This document shows positions 39,460-49,957 of a stretch of 64,000 bases of DNA, piece after piece. The notes under the pieces are model-generated. The model ran no database searches. It was not told where the DNA came from and was given only the letters and a program-made list of their open reading frames with translations. The translations under genes and the position numbers were made by a program. This DNA is from Methanomicrobia archaeon (GTDB lineage: Archaea; Halobacteriota; Syntropharchaeia; Alkanophagales; Methanospirareceae), in contig JAFGHB010000005.1 in NCBI GenBank assembly GCA_016930255.1, positions 6,942 through 70,941 of the forward strand, in the 5' to 3' direction. Positions within the stretch are counted from its first letter, which is position 1. The number at the start of each line of letters is the position of its first letter.

Positions 39460-42183
39460 TTACGCAAAATCCAACTGAGCGTACAACTGCCTTGCCTTGA
39501 AGTTCTGTAACGAGATCGCGTCTGACGGACAATACGCAGCGCAACTGCCGCACCCGATGCAGCCCTCCACGGTAACGCGCGCAAACTTCTTCGTGCCGCT
39601 GGTCGTTGTCATTATGTTGTAGGTAACCGCAGCTACTGGCTCTTCCACCAATTCGATCGCTTCGACCGGGCACATCTCCACGCATACGCCGCAGCCGGCA
39701 CAGATAGCCTCATCCACGACGGAGACTATTCCCGGCGTCTCGAGGAAGTTCTTCGCTAAGAGCACACACGCCCTCGACGCTGCTGCGCTGCCCATGCCGA
39801 TACTCTCGTCGATCAGCGCGGGCGCAACTCCGGAGCCACAGATGAACACGCCTTCGTTCACCGTATCCACGGGCGTTAAGATCAGCTTTGGCCGCTCCTG
39901 CGCCTCCATGAAGAACCCGTTCTTCAGCGGTATCATGAACATCTTGCTCAATTGCCCGTTCTCTGCCGCAGGCTGCATTAATGGGCTGACCACGATCAAA
40001 TCGGGCTTTATCTGGATCTCATCGTTGAAGATCACATCGAAGACCGAGACGATTCCGTCCGCGAATGTCGGTTGACGCTCCGCATCGTATCTGATGAAGG
40101 TCACGCCCTTCTCTCTCGCCGCTTTGTATGCCATCTCCCATTTGCCGTACGTCTTGACGTCCTGGAAAAGCACGAACACGTTCAGCTCCGGCTTCAGTTC
40201 CTTTGCCTTTAACGCATTGCTCACCGCTTCGATGCTGTTGTACTTCGCGTTAACGCCATCGCCCGAAACGCCGTCTTGAATCATAACCACCGTGTTCGCA
40301 TCCACAGTAGTGCCTGCCAGCATCTTCGCGAAGTCGGTTTGCGTTACCACGTTGCCCGCCTGGCCGTAACCGAAGTAGCCCTCAGGTACAAACTCGCGCG
40401 CGCCGGTTGCAAGCACTGCTGCACCGAAATCAATATCTTCATCCGCGCCCCCTCCGGTTACCTTCGCTTTAAACGCGCCTACTCGGCCTCTAACGTCCTC
40501 GATCGCGGCACCCGTATACACCGTTATCCGCTCGTTGCCCTTTACCTTGCCAACCAAATCCGCTAAGACGTCTGCAGCTTTCACATCGCTCTGGAACTCG
40601 GTGGCCTCTGTCAAACTGCCGCCTAATTCCGCTTCCTTCTCCACCAGACAGACCTCGTAGCCTGCATTCGCGATGTCCAGCGCTGCAGTCATACCTGCCA
40701 CGCCGCCACCGACAACCAGCGCGTTCGGCGTCACCGGATACTGCTCAAGCGGTATCGGTTCGAGATATCGCGCACGCTCGACTGCCATGGTCAGCTGGCT
40801 CATCGCTACGACCGTCGCTTCCTCCTTATCGTGCACACACGCACATTGCTCCCGGAGGTTCACCATCTCGAGCAGATACGGATTCAAGCCCGCCTTCGCA
40901 CACGTGTCCCTGAAGATCTCTTCATACGCGCGCGGCGAGTAGCCTGCAACCACTATTCTGTTCAGGCCTTCGTCTATTATTCCACTCTCTACCGCGCCCA
41001 TGGTCTCTTTCATGGTGTTCGTCTCGGTATTCACCACGGCCACATCCCTCAAGCTGCCCACGTGCTCTGCGACCACAGGTATATCCATTGCACCCGTAAC
41101 CTCGCCTTCGCAACCGCAGATGAACACGCCGATCTTCGGCTCTTCGCCTACGTCCACGTATTTACGCTCTTCCTGCCCAGGGATCTCCTCCGTCCGTTCG
41201 GATAACTGCGCGGCCTTTGCTGCTGCTCCCGTTGATAGTATTACGCTTTCACGAACCTTCATCGGCGCAGTTGCCGTGCCTCCTGCGAATATACCCGGCA
41301 CACTCGTCTCCACCGGGCTCGTCATGCTCGTCGCTATAAAGCCATAAGGATCCAGGTTCACGCCGGTCACCTCAGCAAGCTTTGCCATCGTCTTCGACGG
41401 TAAGAGACCGACTGCGAGAACCACCATATCGAGATTTAACTGCTCGATCGTGCCGTTCGCTAAATCCTCGTACTTTACCGTGAGCGCCCCGCCCTCAGCC
41501 AGCACTTCCGGAACTCGTGACCTGATGTAATGCACACCGTATTTGTCCTTTAACTTCGCTACCAGCTCCTCATCCTTGCCGAATACGCGAACGTCCATGT
41601 AGAAGACGTACGCGTCAATGGTGGGATAGCGCTCTTTCAGCTCCCAAACCTCTTTCGCCGTGTAGCCACAGCATGCCGTCGAACAAATTTCATTCTCCTT
41701 ACATCGTGAGCCGATACACTTGATGAATCCGATCTTCTTCACCGGCTGGCCATCTGAAGGTCGCACCAGCGCGCCTGTCTCACTCACCGTACAGGCACGG
41801 AGCATCCCTTCAAACTCCAATGACGGGACCACGTCAGGATTATCAATTGCATAGCCCTTCGCGATGTCATCGTAAACGTCATAGCCCGGCGTCAGCACCA
41901 CGCTCTCCACGTTGAGTTCCTTCCCCCCTGACACATTCAGCTTGAAATCACCCGCTGAGCCCGACAAGCCTTCCAACTCGCTTGAGAGCATCAGTTCGAT
42001 GTTCGGATGGTTCTCTATCTTCACTATCCGCGGCGATATGCCGGTTTCACATTCCGCCAGCTCCGAGACCTTACCGCCGAGTCTGTCATTCTTCTCTATC
42101 AGATAGACTTTGTAACCAGCATCTGCAAGGTCAAGAGCCGCCGTGATACCGGCAACACCGCCTCCTATAACTGCTATTCCCAT
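39460..42183 (-). CDS. hdrA: heterodisulfide reductase subunit A (two FAD/TrxR-like modules)
   Basis: two GGGVAG.TAALD.A motifs, CIGSR...CSTACC, VNLREQC, C-terminal 2x[4Fe-4S]. Confidence 0.9.
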   Translation of the reverse strand: MGIAVIGGGVAGITAALDLADAGYKVYLIEKNDRLGGKVSELAECETGISPRIVKIENHPNIELMLSSELEGLSGSAGDFKLNVSGGKELNVESVVLTPGYDVYDDIAKGYAIDNPDVVPSLEFEGMLRACTVSETGALVRPSDGQPVKKIGFIKCIGSRCKENEICSTACCGYTAKEVWELKERYPTIDAYVFYMDVRVFGKDEELVAKLKDKYGVHYIRSRVPEVLAEGGALTVKYEDLANGTIEQLNLDMVVLAVGLLPSKTMAKLAEVTGVNLDPYGFIATSMTSPVETSVPGIFAGGTATAPMKVRESVILSTGAAAKAAQLSERTEEIPGQEERKYVDVGEEPKIGVFICGCEGEVTGAMDIPVVAEHVGSLRDVAVVNTETNTMKETMGAVESGIIDEGLNRIVVAGYSPRAYEEIFRDTCAKAGLNPYLLEMVNLREQCACVHDKEEATVVAMSQLTMAVERARYLEPIPLEQYPVTPNALVVGGGVAGMTAALDIANAGYEVCLVEKEAELGGSLTEATEFQSDVKAADVLADLVGKVKGNERITVYTGAAIEDVRGRVGAFKAKVTGGGADEDIDFGAAVLATGAREFVPEGYFGYGQAGNVVTQTDFAKMLAGTTVDANTVVMIQDGVSGDGVNAKYNSIEAVSNALKAKELKPELNVFVLFQDVKTYGKWEMAYKAAREKGVTFIRYDAERQPTFADGIVSVFDVIFNDEIQIKPDLIVVSPLMQPAAENGQLSKMFMIPLKNGFFMEAQERPKLILTPVDTVNEGVFICGSGVAPALIDESIGMGSAAASRACVLLAKNFLETPGIVSVVDEAICAGCGVCVEMCPVEAIELVEEPVAAVTYNIMTTTSGTKKFARVTVEGCIGCGSCAAYCPSDAISLQNFKARQLYAQLDFA

Positions 42184-42185
42184 TT

Positions 42186-43052
42186 TTACACCACCTTCTC
42201 CAGTAGTTTCTTCGTGTCTACGGCATTCTTCTGAAGCCCCAGCTTATTCGCGTCAATACCAAGCGCGAGCCCCAACAACTGCGTGATATACACCACCGGC
42301 ATTTCGAACTTAACGCCTAATGCTTTCTCCACATCTGGCTGCTTCGCATCCAGCATCATGCCGCACAGCGGACACGCAAGTGCTATACAGTCCGCACCGG
42401 CATCCTTCGCCGTCTGCAGGATCTTCCGCGCCATCTCGAATGCGAGATCACCTCGCGTCATCATCAGCGGCCCGCCACAGCATTTCGTCTTCATGGAGCT
42501 GAACGGAACGATCTCGCCTCCGATTAACTCGATCAACTGGTCCATCAAGACCGGATCGTCTGGATCGTCAAATGCCGTCTCCGGCGGCCTACCCAAATAA
42601 CAGCCATAATACGGTGCTACCTTGAGCTCCACCTTCTTCACTAACTTACTCTTTATCGCATCCATGCCGATATCGTTGACGAGGACTTCGATTACATGCT
42701 TCGGCGTTACCGTGCCGTTATACTCAAGCGAAGGATCGATCCCTTTTATTGCCGCACGTAACTCCTCGTCTTCCTTCAGTGCATTGTTCGTCCTCGCTAA
42801 ATTGTAATAGCAGATACTGCACGGCGTCATGATGTCCAAATTACCCCGCTCGGCAATGGCGAGATTCCGCGCATTTAACGCGTATACCAATCTCGGATCC
42901 TCCGCTTCCGCCGCGCCACAACAGTTCCAGTCTTCGACTTCTTCCAGCTTAACGCCCAGCTTCTCAAATACGGCTTCCGTTGACAGGTGCTGCTCCAGCG
43001 CCGTCGCCTCTGATGGACACCCCGGATAATATGCAATCTTCTCTATGCTCAT
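42186..43052 (-). CDS. hdrB: heterodisulfide reductase subunit B
   Basis: YYPGC, WNCCGA, PYYGC, KCCGG, ACPLC CCG motifs. Confidence 0.93.
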   Translation of the reverse strand: MSIEKIAYYPGCPSEATALEQHLSTEAVFEKLGVKLEEVEDWNCCGAAEAEDPRLVYALNARNLAIAERGNLDIMTPCSICYYNLARTNNALKEDEELRAAIKGIDPSLEYNGTVTPKHVIEVLVNDIGMDAIKSKLVKKVELKVAPYYGCYLGRPPETAFDDPDDPVLMDQLIELIGGEIVPFSSMKTKCCGGPLMMTRGDLAFEMARKILQTAKDAGADCIALACPLCGMMLDAKQPDVEKALGVKFEMPVVYITQLLGLALGIDANKLGLQKNAVDTKKLLEKVV

Positions 43053-43675
43053 TTCTCTTGCTCCTCTGCCCACGCGAAGATCTTCTTCATCACCTCACGC
43101 TGCTTTATCTTCGATGGTAGCAATCCTTTCGTCACACCGTGACCACCGAGTGGCCCCATTTTACCTTTGAAGAACATGCGCATACCGAAATCCATGTAAT
43201 CCTTCATCATCGCTTTTTGCCCCGCAATGAACGAGCCTTCTCTCTTCGGGTAGTATTCCATCGCCAGACCGATATCATAAAGCCGCCCGTACTTCTCCAG
43301 GGTATGCAGGAACGCTATCTCAAAGAGTGGTCTCGGGCTCTCGATCTTTATCTCGCCTGCTGCCTCTGCCTTCTCTGCTAACCGCCGCATTACCGCGAGC
43401 ACATCGCCAACCACCACGTCTTGCGGGCATCGCGCCGTGCACGTCTGACAGATAGCACAGATCCACAAATCTGGATTGGACAACACTTCCTTCCGCATTC
43501 CCAACAGGCTCATCTGGATAAATTTACGTGGGTTGTAACTAGGAACGAGTTCGGTAAGTGGACAGCCGATAGTACACGTGCTGCACTGGTAACATGCGGT
43601 AAGGTGCTCCCCTCCCGGCTCCTTCAGGATCTCGTTTTTAAAGTCCGGGTCCAGTTCCCAGGTCTTTATTGGCAT
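43049..43675 (-). CDS. hdrC: heterodisulfide reductase subunit C
   Basis: CYQCSTCTIGCP, W.C..C.TC..RCPQ. Confidence 0.92.
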   Translation of the reverse strand: MPIKTWELDPDFKNEILKEPGGEHLTACYQCSTCTIGCPLTELVPSYNPRKFIQMSLLGMRKEVLSNPDLWICAICQTCTARCPQDVVVGDVLAVMRRLAEKAEAAGEIKIESPRPLFEIAFLHTLEKYGRLYDIGLAMEYYPKREGSFIAGQKAMMKDYMDFGMRMFFKGKMGPLGGHGVTKGLLPSKIKQREVMKKIFAWAEEQEK

Positions 43676-43676
43676 T

Positions 43677-44741
43677 TTATCTCAAACACTCTTCTAGCTC
43701 TTCATCCTCGTAGGTGGTGAACGGTAGAGGCTCCTTTACATCTTTACCCGGCACGTACTCGAAGATCTCCTGCACCTTCCTTGTAAGGACCGGATAGAAT
43801 CTCGTCAGTGGAATATCTTTCGGACATGCATCTTCGCACGCGCCACAGGCAACACAGGTCGTGCTGACGTGATACACCCTCGTGAGATGGTACATCAGCT
43901 GATTTGTTGGTACTGCGATCGCGCCACGCGCCTCTGCTAAGTTCAGCAAGTCGCCGCCCGTAGGGTTCCCTATCGGCTGATCAAAGAAGCATTCTTTACA
44001 ATAACACACCGGACACACGTCTCTGCAGTTTTTGCACACGATACAGTCACGGAGGAACTCTTCCAATGCCGCCTCGCTGTCGACCTTCGGCAGCGCATCT
44101 AAATTCGCTTTCGCTTCCGCTGCTATCTTCTGATTCTCCGCTGCCCTATCCAACTCCTTGTCTTCTAGCGTTAGACCCGCAGCCGTCAGAGCCGCATCAC
44201 CCTTCTCCGTCAGCCCTGCAACGACCACCTTCGAGCCGTTCGCCTGCGCGAGGGCTATATCACCAACGTCTGCAAGCCGGTTGTCACAGATAGCACAGGC
44301 ATCCCGTATCGAAATCCCCTTGCCTGCCAGGTCTTTTATCTTCGCACTGTCCACCTGATCGCCGATAGCCGCATAATTCGCTGCATAAACCTCATTCGCG
44401 TAGGCTCCCGCGCAATCCACGGTTATAAGAAGCACACTCTCCTCATCCAGTTGCTTGAGCTTGACCAATTCAATTGCTGCGCGTGTCTCGCAGGGTTTGG
44501 CTACAATACCCACTTTCTCATCGATCAGCCAGCCCTTAACGATGTTCGCGGCGTTTACACCGAACGACGGCGCGAAGATGACTGACTCGGGCGATGTGAT
44601 CTTATCCTTGTCCCTGACGAGCATGTAGGATACACCAGCCCCTACTCGACGCGGTATGACCAAGGCATCGACGACGTTGTTCTCCAGCAATCCCTTAAAA
44701 AACCCTTCTAAATCCCCATAACTGAGCTCTGTTCCTTTCAT
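43677..44741 (-). CDS. F420-binding FdhB/FrhB-family subunit with C-terminal 2x[4Fe-4S]
   Basis: KPCE.RA..EL.K..Q, CIVCKNCRDVCPVCYCKEC, CVACGACEDACP. Confidence 0.85.
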   Translation of the reverse strand: MKGTELSYGDLEGFFKGLLENNVVDALVIPRRVGAGVSYMLVRDKDKITSPESVIFAPSFGVNAANIVKGWLIDEKVGIVAKPCETRAAIELVKLKQLDEESVLLITVDCAGAYANEVYAANYAAIGDQVDSAKIKDLAGKGISIRDACAICDNRLADVGDIALAQANGSKVVVAGLTEKGDAALTAAGLTLEDKELDRAAENQKIAAEAKANLDALPKVDSEAALEEFLRDCIVCKNCRDVCPVCYCKECFFDQPIGNPTGGDLLNLAEARGAIAVPTNQLMYHLTRVYHVSTTCVACGACEDACPKDIPLTRFYPVLTRKVQEIFEYVPGKDVKEPLPFTTYEDEELEECLR

Positions 44742-45166
44742 AGTATCTCATCCTTCATGGGATTCGGTCCCACTTCTTTTATGTGCGCTGCCAGGTTCTT
44801 CATGGTATTCGCGAATTTGTCACCCTCCGACGCGCTGATCCAGTGTAATTGGACTCGGTTATCCAACCCCAACTGCTGCAGGATCGTCCTCATTGCGGCT
44901 ATTCTGCGTCTGGAATAAAAATTCCCCTTTATGTAGTGGCACTCCCCTGGATGGCAGCCCCCGATGAACACTCCGTCTGCACCATTCAATAACGCCTTGA
45001 GCACAAACATCGGATCTATCCGCGCCGTGCACATAAGCCTTATTATCCGGATATTTGGTGGGTATTTTTTCCGCGACGTCCCTGCCAAATCTGCACCCGC
45101 ATAAGTACACCAATTACAGGTAAATCCAACGATCTTTGGCTCAAAATCCTCCTTCTCTTCTCCCAT
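44738..45166 (-). CDS. mvhD: MvhD/FlpD [2Fe-2S] subunit
   Basis: F.CNWC.YAGAD, MC.ARID, GCHPGECHY, W.SASEG. Confidence 0.95.
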   Translation of the reverse strand: MGEEKEDFEPKIVGFTCNWCTYAGADLAGTSRKKYPPNIRIIRLMCTARIDPMFVLKALLNGADGVFIGGCHPGECHYIKGNFYSRRRIAAMRTILQQLGLDNRVQLHWISASEGDKFANTMKNLAAHIKEVGPNPMKDEIL

Positions 45167-45567
45167 TTTTTATCACCTAGGTCTATGCTTCCTTTCCTCG
45201 ATAACTTTTGGCTAATCTTCTATTAGGTATAACCTATATAAGTTTTTCGATATTTCTTAACGCACCACCTTCTTCGACGCTGGGCTACGGCACGTGTAAC
45301 TGTTTAATACGAGAAATCCACATAAGATACTGGGTATGGTGCGGTGAAAACGCTTGCTTTTGGTAGAAGAGAACTGAAGTTAGGAAACGGTAGAGCACGA
45401 TTCTACACGGCTCCGCAATTGACGACGCTGATGCTTGGTGCTGCTAGAGGAGGGGTAGCGGCGCGTACGAGTGGTTTGAACTCGCCTGATTGTCGTACGT
45501 ATCGACGACGGCCACAAGGTTACGATAACGGCTACGAACATAGAGAAGGAGGCAAGCTGAAGTAAAA

Positions 45568-47334
45568 ATGACGCTCTCACCGTTCAAGCCGCCGCAGCTG
45601 ATTCTACTCCACGCACCAACCGTGTATGATTTCCGCAAGTATCCGCTCATGTTCGGCCCGATCGCCGACGGCGTGCCCTCAACGCCCTTATTCGAGATGT
45701 ATCCAATCGGCTTCTTCTCTATCGTGGAGCATCTGAGCAGAAACGGGATTGGAGTGCGGATAGTCAATTTGGCAGTGCGAATGCTGAGTAGCGAGGATTT
45801 TGACGCGGAGAAGATGATACGAAAGCTCAAGCCCAAGGCTTTTGGCATCGATCTCCATTGGCTGCCTCATGCACAGGGGAGCCTTGAAGTCGCGAAGATC
45901 TGCAAGCAGTATCATCCCGAGATACCGGTCATCTTCGGCGGATATTCCGCGACCTACTTCCACGACGAGCTGATTCGCTATCCCGAAGTGGATTTTGTTA
46001 TACGAGGTGATTCCGCGGAAGAGCCGCTGCGACAACTCATGACCGCAATCGCTCAGCAGTCTTCCGCCACCACCTTCAGCGCTATCCCGAACCTGGTCTG
46101 GAAGGATAGCCGCGGTGAGGTACACGTAAACCCGTTTACACACGTTCCAAACGAAATTAACAAATTCGGGAATAATTACGTCGCGGTGTTCAAATTGGCA
46201 TTGAAATACCGCGATGTTAAAAGTCTGAGCCCCTGGAAAGGCTGGACTTCACACGAATGGCTCGACTATCCGATCACACCCGTGATCACCTGCCGTGGCT
46301 GCATCCATGATTGCACCTTCTGCGGCGGTTCTCGTACCGCGCTGGCGCTCTACTGCAATCGGAAGAGACCCGCGTTTCGCGACCCGCACTTAATCGCACA
46401 AGATATCATAAAGACTTCGAAATATACCCGGGCGCCCATATTCATCATCGGCGACCTCTTTCAACCAGGTAAAAAATACGCGTACGCCATCTTAGAAGAT
46501 CTGAAAAAAGCTGATCTCAAGAATCACCTCGTCTTCGAGTTGTTCAAACCCGCACCAAAGGATTATTTCGACCGTGTGGCGGAATCGGTGGAGCACTTCA
46601 ACTTCGAGATATCGCCCGACAGCCATGACGAGCGGGTACGAGCCGCGGAAGGGAAGTCGTACAAAAATGCGGAGGTCGAGAATAATCTGAAATGGGCCCT
46701 GGATGCGGGCTGCAACAAATTTGATCTCTTCTTCATGATCGGCCTCCCGCAACAGACCTGCAAATCCGCGATGGAGACGGTGGAGTGGTGCGGAGAGCTG
46801 ATGGAGAAATTCGGCACGCGCGTTGTCCCGTTCATTCTGCCTTATTCGCCCTTCATCGATCCCGGCTGCATTGCGTACGAGCAGTCAGAGAAGATGGGCT
46901 ATACGATCCTGCTCAAAACGCTCGAGGAGTATCGAACGGCGTTGCTATCGCCGAGCTGGAAATACGCCCTGAATTACGAGACAAACTGGATGACGCGGGA
47001 CGAAATCGTCGATTGCGCGTATCAGGCCGGGCTGCGAATGAACGAACTGAAGCGAAACTGCGGCTTGATCGACGAGCAGCTCTTCAAGAAGACAGAAACG
47101 CGGATAACGCTCGCTATCAACCTTACAACAGCCGTGGACGAGATCCTGGCGCTCAATGACGCGTCCGCCCGGCAAGAGCGATTGATGGATTTGAAACCCG
47201 AATTTGATACGCTCTTCAACTCGGTCATCAACGAGAAGGTGCAACTGGATTGGCCGGCTGCGAAGCGTGGTTTGAGGATTTTACCACTCTTAAAGTTAGC
47301 ACTACTCGATTCCTTAACAATGCGACGTGTATAA
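45568..47334 (+). CDS. B12-binding domain radical SAM protein (TIGR04190-like)
   Basis: LHAP.VYDFR, FEMYP.GF, DLHWLPHAQG, RGCIHDCTFCGGS. Confidence 0.85.
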   Translation: MTLSPFKPPQLILLHAPTVYDFRKYPLMFGPIADGVPSTPLFEMYPIGFFSIVEHLSRNGIGVRIVNLAVRMLSSEDFDAEKMIRKLKPKAFGIDLHWLPHAQGSLEVAKICKQYHPEIPVIFGGYSATYFHDELIRYPEVDFVIRGDSAEEPLRQLMTAIAQQSSATTFSAIPNLVWKDSRGEVHVNPFTHVPNEINKFGNNYVAVFKLALKYRDVKSLSPWKGWTSHEWLDYPITPVITCRGCIHDCTFCGGSRTALALYCNRKRPAFRDPHLIAQDIIKTSKYTRAPIFIIGDLFQPGKKYAYAILEDLKKADLKNHLVFELFKPAPKDYFDRVAESVEHFNFEISPDSHDERVRAAEGKSYKNAEVENNLKWALDAGCNKFDLFFMIGLPQQTCKSAMETVEWCGELMEKFGTRVVPFILPYSPFIDPGCIAYEQSEKMGYTILLKTLEEYRTALLSPSWKYALNYETNWMTRDEIVDCAYQAGLRMNELKRNCGLIDEQLFKKTETRITLAINLTTAVDEILALNDASARQERLMDLKPEFDTLFNSVINEKVQLDWPAAKRGLRILPLLKLALLDSLTMRRV

Positions 47335-47342
47335 AGGCAGAT

Positions 47343-48086
47343 TTAAGCAGCGGGACGCGGAGCGGGACGATGAGGATCGAAAACACCCGCAATTTGGATC
47401 CCTATCTCGTAGAAGATAACGAGGGGGATCGCGACGATGAGCTGACTCACGACGTCGGGCGGCGTAAAGAACGCGGCAAGGACGAACATGATCACATAGA
47501 TGTATCGTCGGTATTCCTTCAGCGTCTCGAGCGGGACGAGTCCGACGCGAACAAGAACGATGAGAAGAAGCGGAACTTCAAACGCGACGCCCAGTACGAG
47601 CGTTATTATGATGACGAACGATATGAATTCGTATATCGAATACGTGGCGGTAACGCCACTCGCCGCTGACATAATGTGAAGATACGTGAGGACTATCGGC
47701 AGCATGAGAAAGTAGGAGTAGCTTATTCCCAAAACGAAGAGAGAGACGGCGGTGATCACCAATATAATGAAGTGCGACTTCTTCATTGGATTCTTTATGC
47801 CAAACCGCACCTTCAACATCTTGTAGACGTAGTGGAACACAAGCGGAATGACCAGTATGACGCCGATGACCAGCGCCATCTTCAATTTCAGCATGATCAC
47901 CTCCACGGGCGATATATAGATGAGCGTTGCACCTTTGGGGAGGAGATCTTGCTTCATTCGCTCTAATACGGGATCCAAGAATTGAAAAGAGATCATAAAC
48001 CCACCGAGAAAAACGACGGCAATGGGTATGAGCTTTTTCTTTATCGCTGCCGTTATATATCCTAACTCCTCACTGATACTCGCCAT
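47343..48086 (-). CDS. tatC: twin-arginine translocase subunit TatC (copy 1)
   Basis: ISP.E, G.AFE.P, RRY......AA.FTPPD..SQ...AIP...FYE. Confidence 0.9.
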   Translation of the reverse strand: MASISEELGYITAAIKKKLIPIAVVFLGGFMISFQFLDPVLERMKQDLLPKGATLIYISPVEVIMLKLKMALVIGVILVIPLVFHYVYKMLKVRFGIKNPMKKSHFIILVITAVSLFVLGISYSYFLMLPIVLTYLHIMSAASGVTATYSIYEFISFVIIITLVLGVAFEVPLLLIVLVRVGLVPLETLKEYRRYIYVIMFVLAAFFTPPDVVSQLIVAIPLVIFYEIGIQIAGVFDPHRPAPRPAA

Positions 48087-48106
48087 CGTCTCGTGCTCCT
48101 ATTACT

Positions 48107-48928
48107 ATGAATGGAGAAATGATAAAATACCAAGCTAAAACCGAAGCCCGGATGAAGACGAAAGAGAAACTGCGGATGACTGACGATGCGGCTCTCGAGT
48201 TAGATGGCCCAATAGGGGATAATGAGATACCGATATTCGAGCATCTCGAGGAACTACGAGAGAGGCTCATCGTCTTTTTGATCCCGTTCTGCATCGCTAC
48301 GATCGCAGCGTATCCGTTTTCAAACATCTTACTCCGCCGCATATTATTCCATAATCTCTTCCCCGAAGAAATGGCCATGTTTGTGTATAGCCCGATGGAG
48401 TGGATGAGCGTACGGCTCCTGTTCTCCTTCTTACTCGCCTTCTCTGTTACGATGCCCTTGCTCTTATTTGAGCTTTTCGCTTTTATGCGGCCGGGTCTCT
48501 ATCCGTCCGAACGGAAATTCTTCGTGATGGTTGCCATCCCCTCGCTCTGCTGTTACGCCGTCGGTGCTATCTTCGCCTATTACTTCGTCCTGCCACTCAT
48601 CTTCGGCTATCTCATCAACTACTCCGGCGATGTCGCACGGGTTGCGCTTTCTGCGAAGCGGATCTTCTCCATCATTCTGTACACCGCGGTGAGCTTCGGT
48701 CTGATCTTCCAGATCCCGTTCGTAATGACCCTGGCGGTGAAGCTGCAGATAGTCACGTATTCCTGGCTCAGGGACAAGCGAGTGATAATCTACGGGCTGA
48801 TAATCGGCATCGCGTTCTTTGTCATTGCGGACCCGACAGGAATCTCGATGATCATGGCATTGGTCTCGATAGCGCTTTTCGAGTTTGGATTGCTCCTCAC
48901 ACGCTATATCGGACGCAGACACAAGTAA
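48107..48928 (+). CDS. tatC: twin-arginine translocase subunit TatC (copy 2); start may be 48151 or 48175
   Basis: HLEELRERL, F.RPGLYP.E, FGL.FQ.P. Confidence 0.9.
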   Translation: MNGEMIKYQAKTEARMKTKEKLRMTDDAALELDGPIGDNEIPIFEHLEELRERLIVFLIPFCIATIAAYPFSNILLRRILFHNLFPEEMAMFVYSPMEWMSVRLLFSFLLAFSVTMPLLLFELFAFMRPGLYPSERKFFVMVAIPSLCCYAVGAIFAYYFVLPLIFGYLINYSGDVARVALSAKRIFSIILYTAVSFGLIFQIPFVMTLAVKLQIVTYSWLRDKRVIIYGLIIGIAFFVIADPTGISMIMALVSIALFEFGLLLTRYIGRRHK

Positions 48929-49138
48929 AAAAGTATATCACCATGCTCTGAACTCACTCTTTGATTGCTTGATTGCATCGGAAATTACAAAATAATCAAA
49001 ATAGAGGAGTGCCAGAGTGAAGTGATTATCACCCTCCAGAAAGACCAGAGCAAAACGTTTCGATGCTTTTTATATATATATGCTCGCCCTATTTTAATAG
49101 TATAATAGAAGAAGTCAAATTGTGAGGTGCAAAAAGCC

Positions 49139-49474
49139 ATGATAGGTCCAACTGAGATGATGGTAATTGCAGTAGTGGCGATTGTTTTGCTATTCGGAGC
49201 AGCGAAGGTGCCGCAGCTTGCCAGGTCGTTTGGGCAGGCGATGGGAGAGTTCAAAAAAGCGAAGAAAGAATCCGAATTGAGCCTCAAGAGTTTCGAAGAC
49301 TCCGTAGTGGGCGATGAAAAAGAGAGAGCGGAAACGGCATCACCAGCGGCGAAGAAGGGCGAAGAGGTCAATATAAGAGAAGTAGCCGCTTATATGGGTA
49401 TCGATACCGAAGGGAAGTCTGACGAGGAACTCAAAGAGGAAGTTCAAGCGAAGATGAAGTCCTCTTCCAAGTAA
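49139..49474 (+). CDS. tatA: twin-arginine translocase subunit TatA
   Basis: MIGPTE...LLFGA.K.P.LARS.GQA.GEFKK. Confidence 0.93.
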   Translation: MIGPTEMMVIAVVAIVLLFGAAKVPQLARSFGQAMGEFKKAKKESELSLKSFEDSVVGDEKERAETASPAAKKGEEVNIREVAAYMGIDTEGKSDEELKEEVQAKMKSSSK

Positions 49475-49957
49475 AGTAAGTACGACCACCAGTTTATCCG
49501 TGCCCGTCCCCGTAACGAGGACCGCGAAGTTTAACACCGTGCATGCTCCGGGTAACCTGAGTTACTTGGCTTCATGTACTTTTTTCATTGGGCTTAGTGG
49601 CACCGAGGTTCATTCATCCAACCCAACCAACCCCTTCTCTTCACTCCAAGTTGGAGCTGATTAGCGTGTGTATCAGTGTAGACTATCGCGATAATTTTGA
49701 ATGCGAGGAAAACGAACGCGTTTTTGAGTGCCCGTTATATTACCTTTATACTTACAGTCTCCACAGACTACACCAGTAAAACAAGGTTTGGCACTACTCT
49801 TGACTCGTTAAACGACGGCAAAAAAGGGGGTTTTAAACACCTCGTTACGTTGACTTCGAGTTGTATAGCAGGAATAGAAGAGAGATCGAAACAAAACAAA
49901 AAATAAAAAAAGAAATAGGTGGTTGTGGAAGAGCTCCACAACCTTTTTTTTGGTTTC

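Noticed and set aside
45224..45236. TAGGT-ATA-ACCTA inverted repeat in the mvhD-hdr promoter
   Set aside because: Single short occurrence with no second copy seen in the window, so too weak to call an operator.
45344..45565. 73-aa ORF upstream of the radical SAM gene
   Set aside because: No recognisable motif; may be a degraded fragment and cannot be supported.
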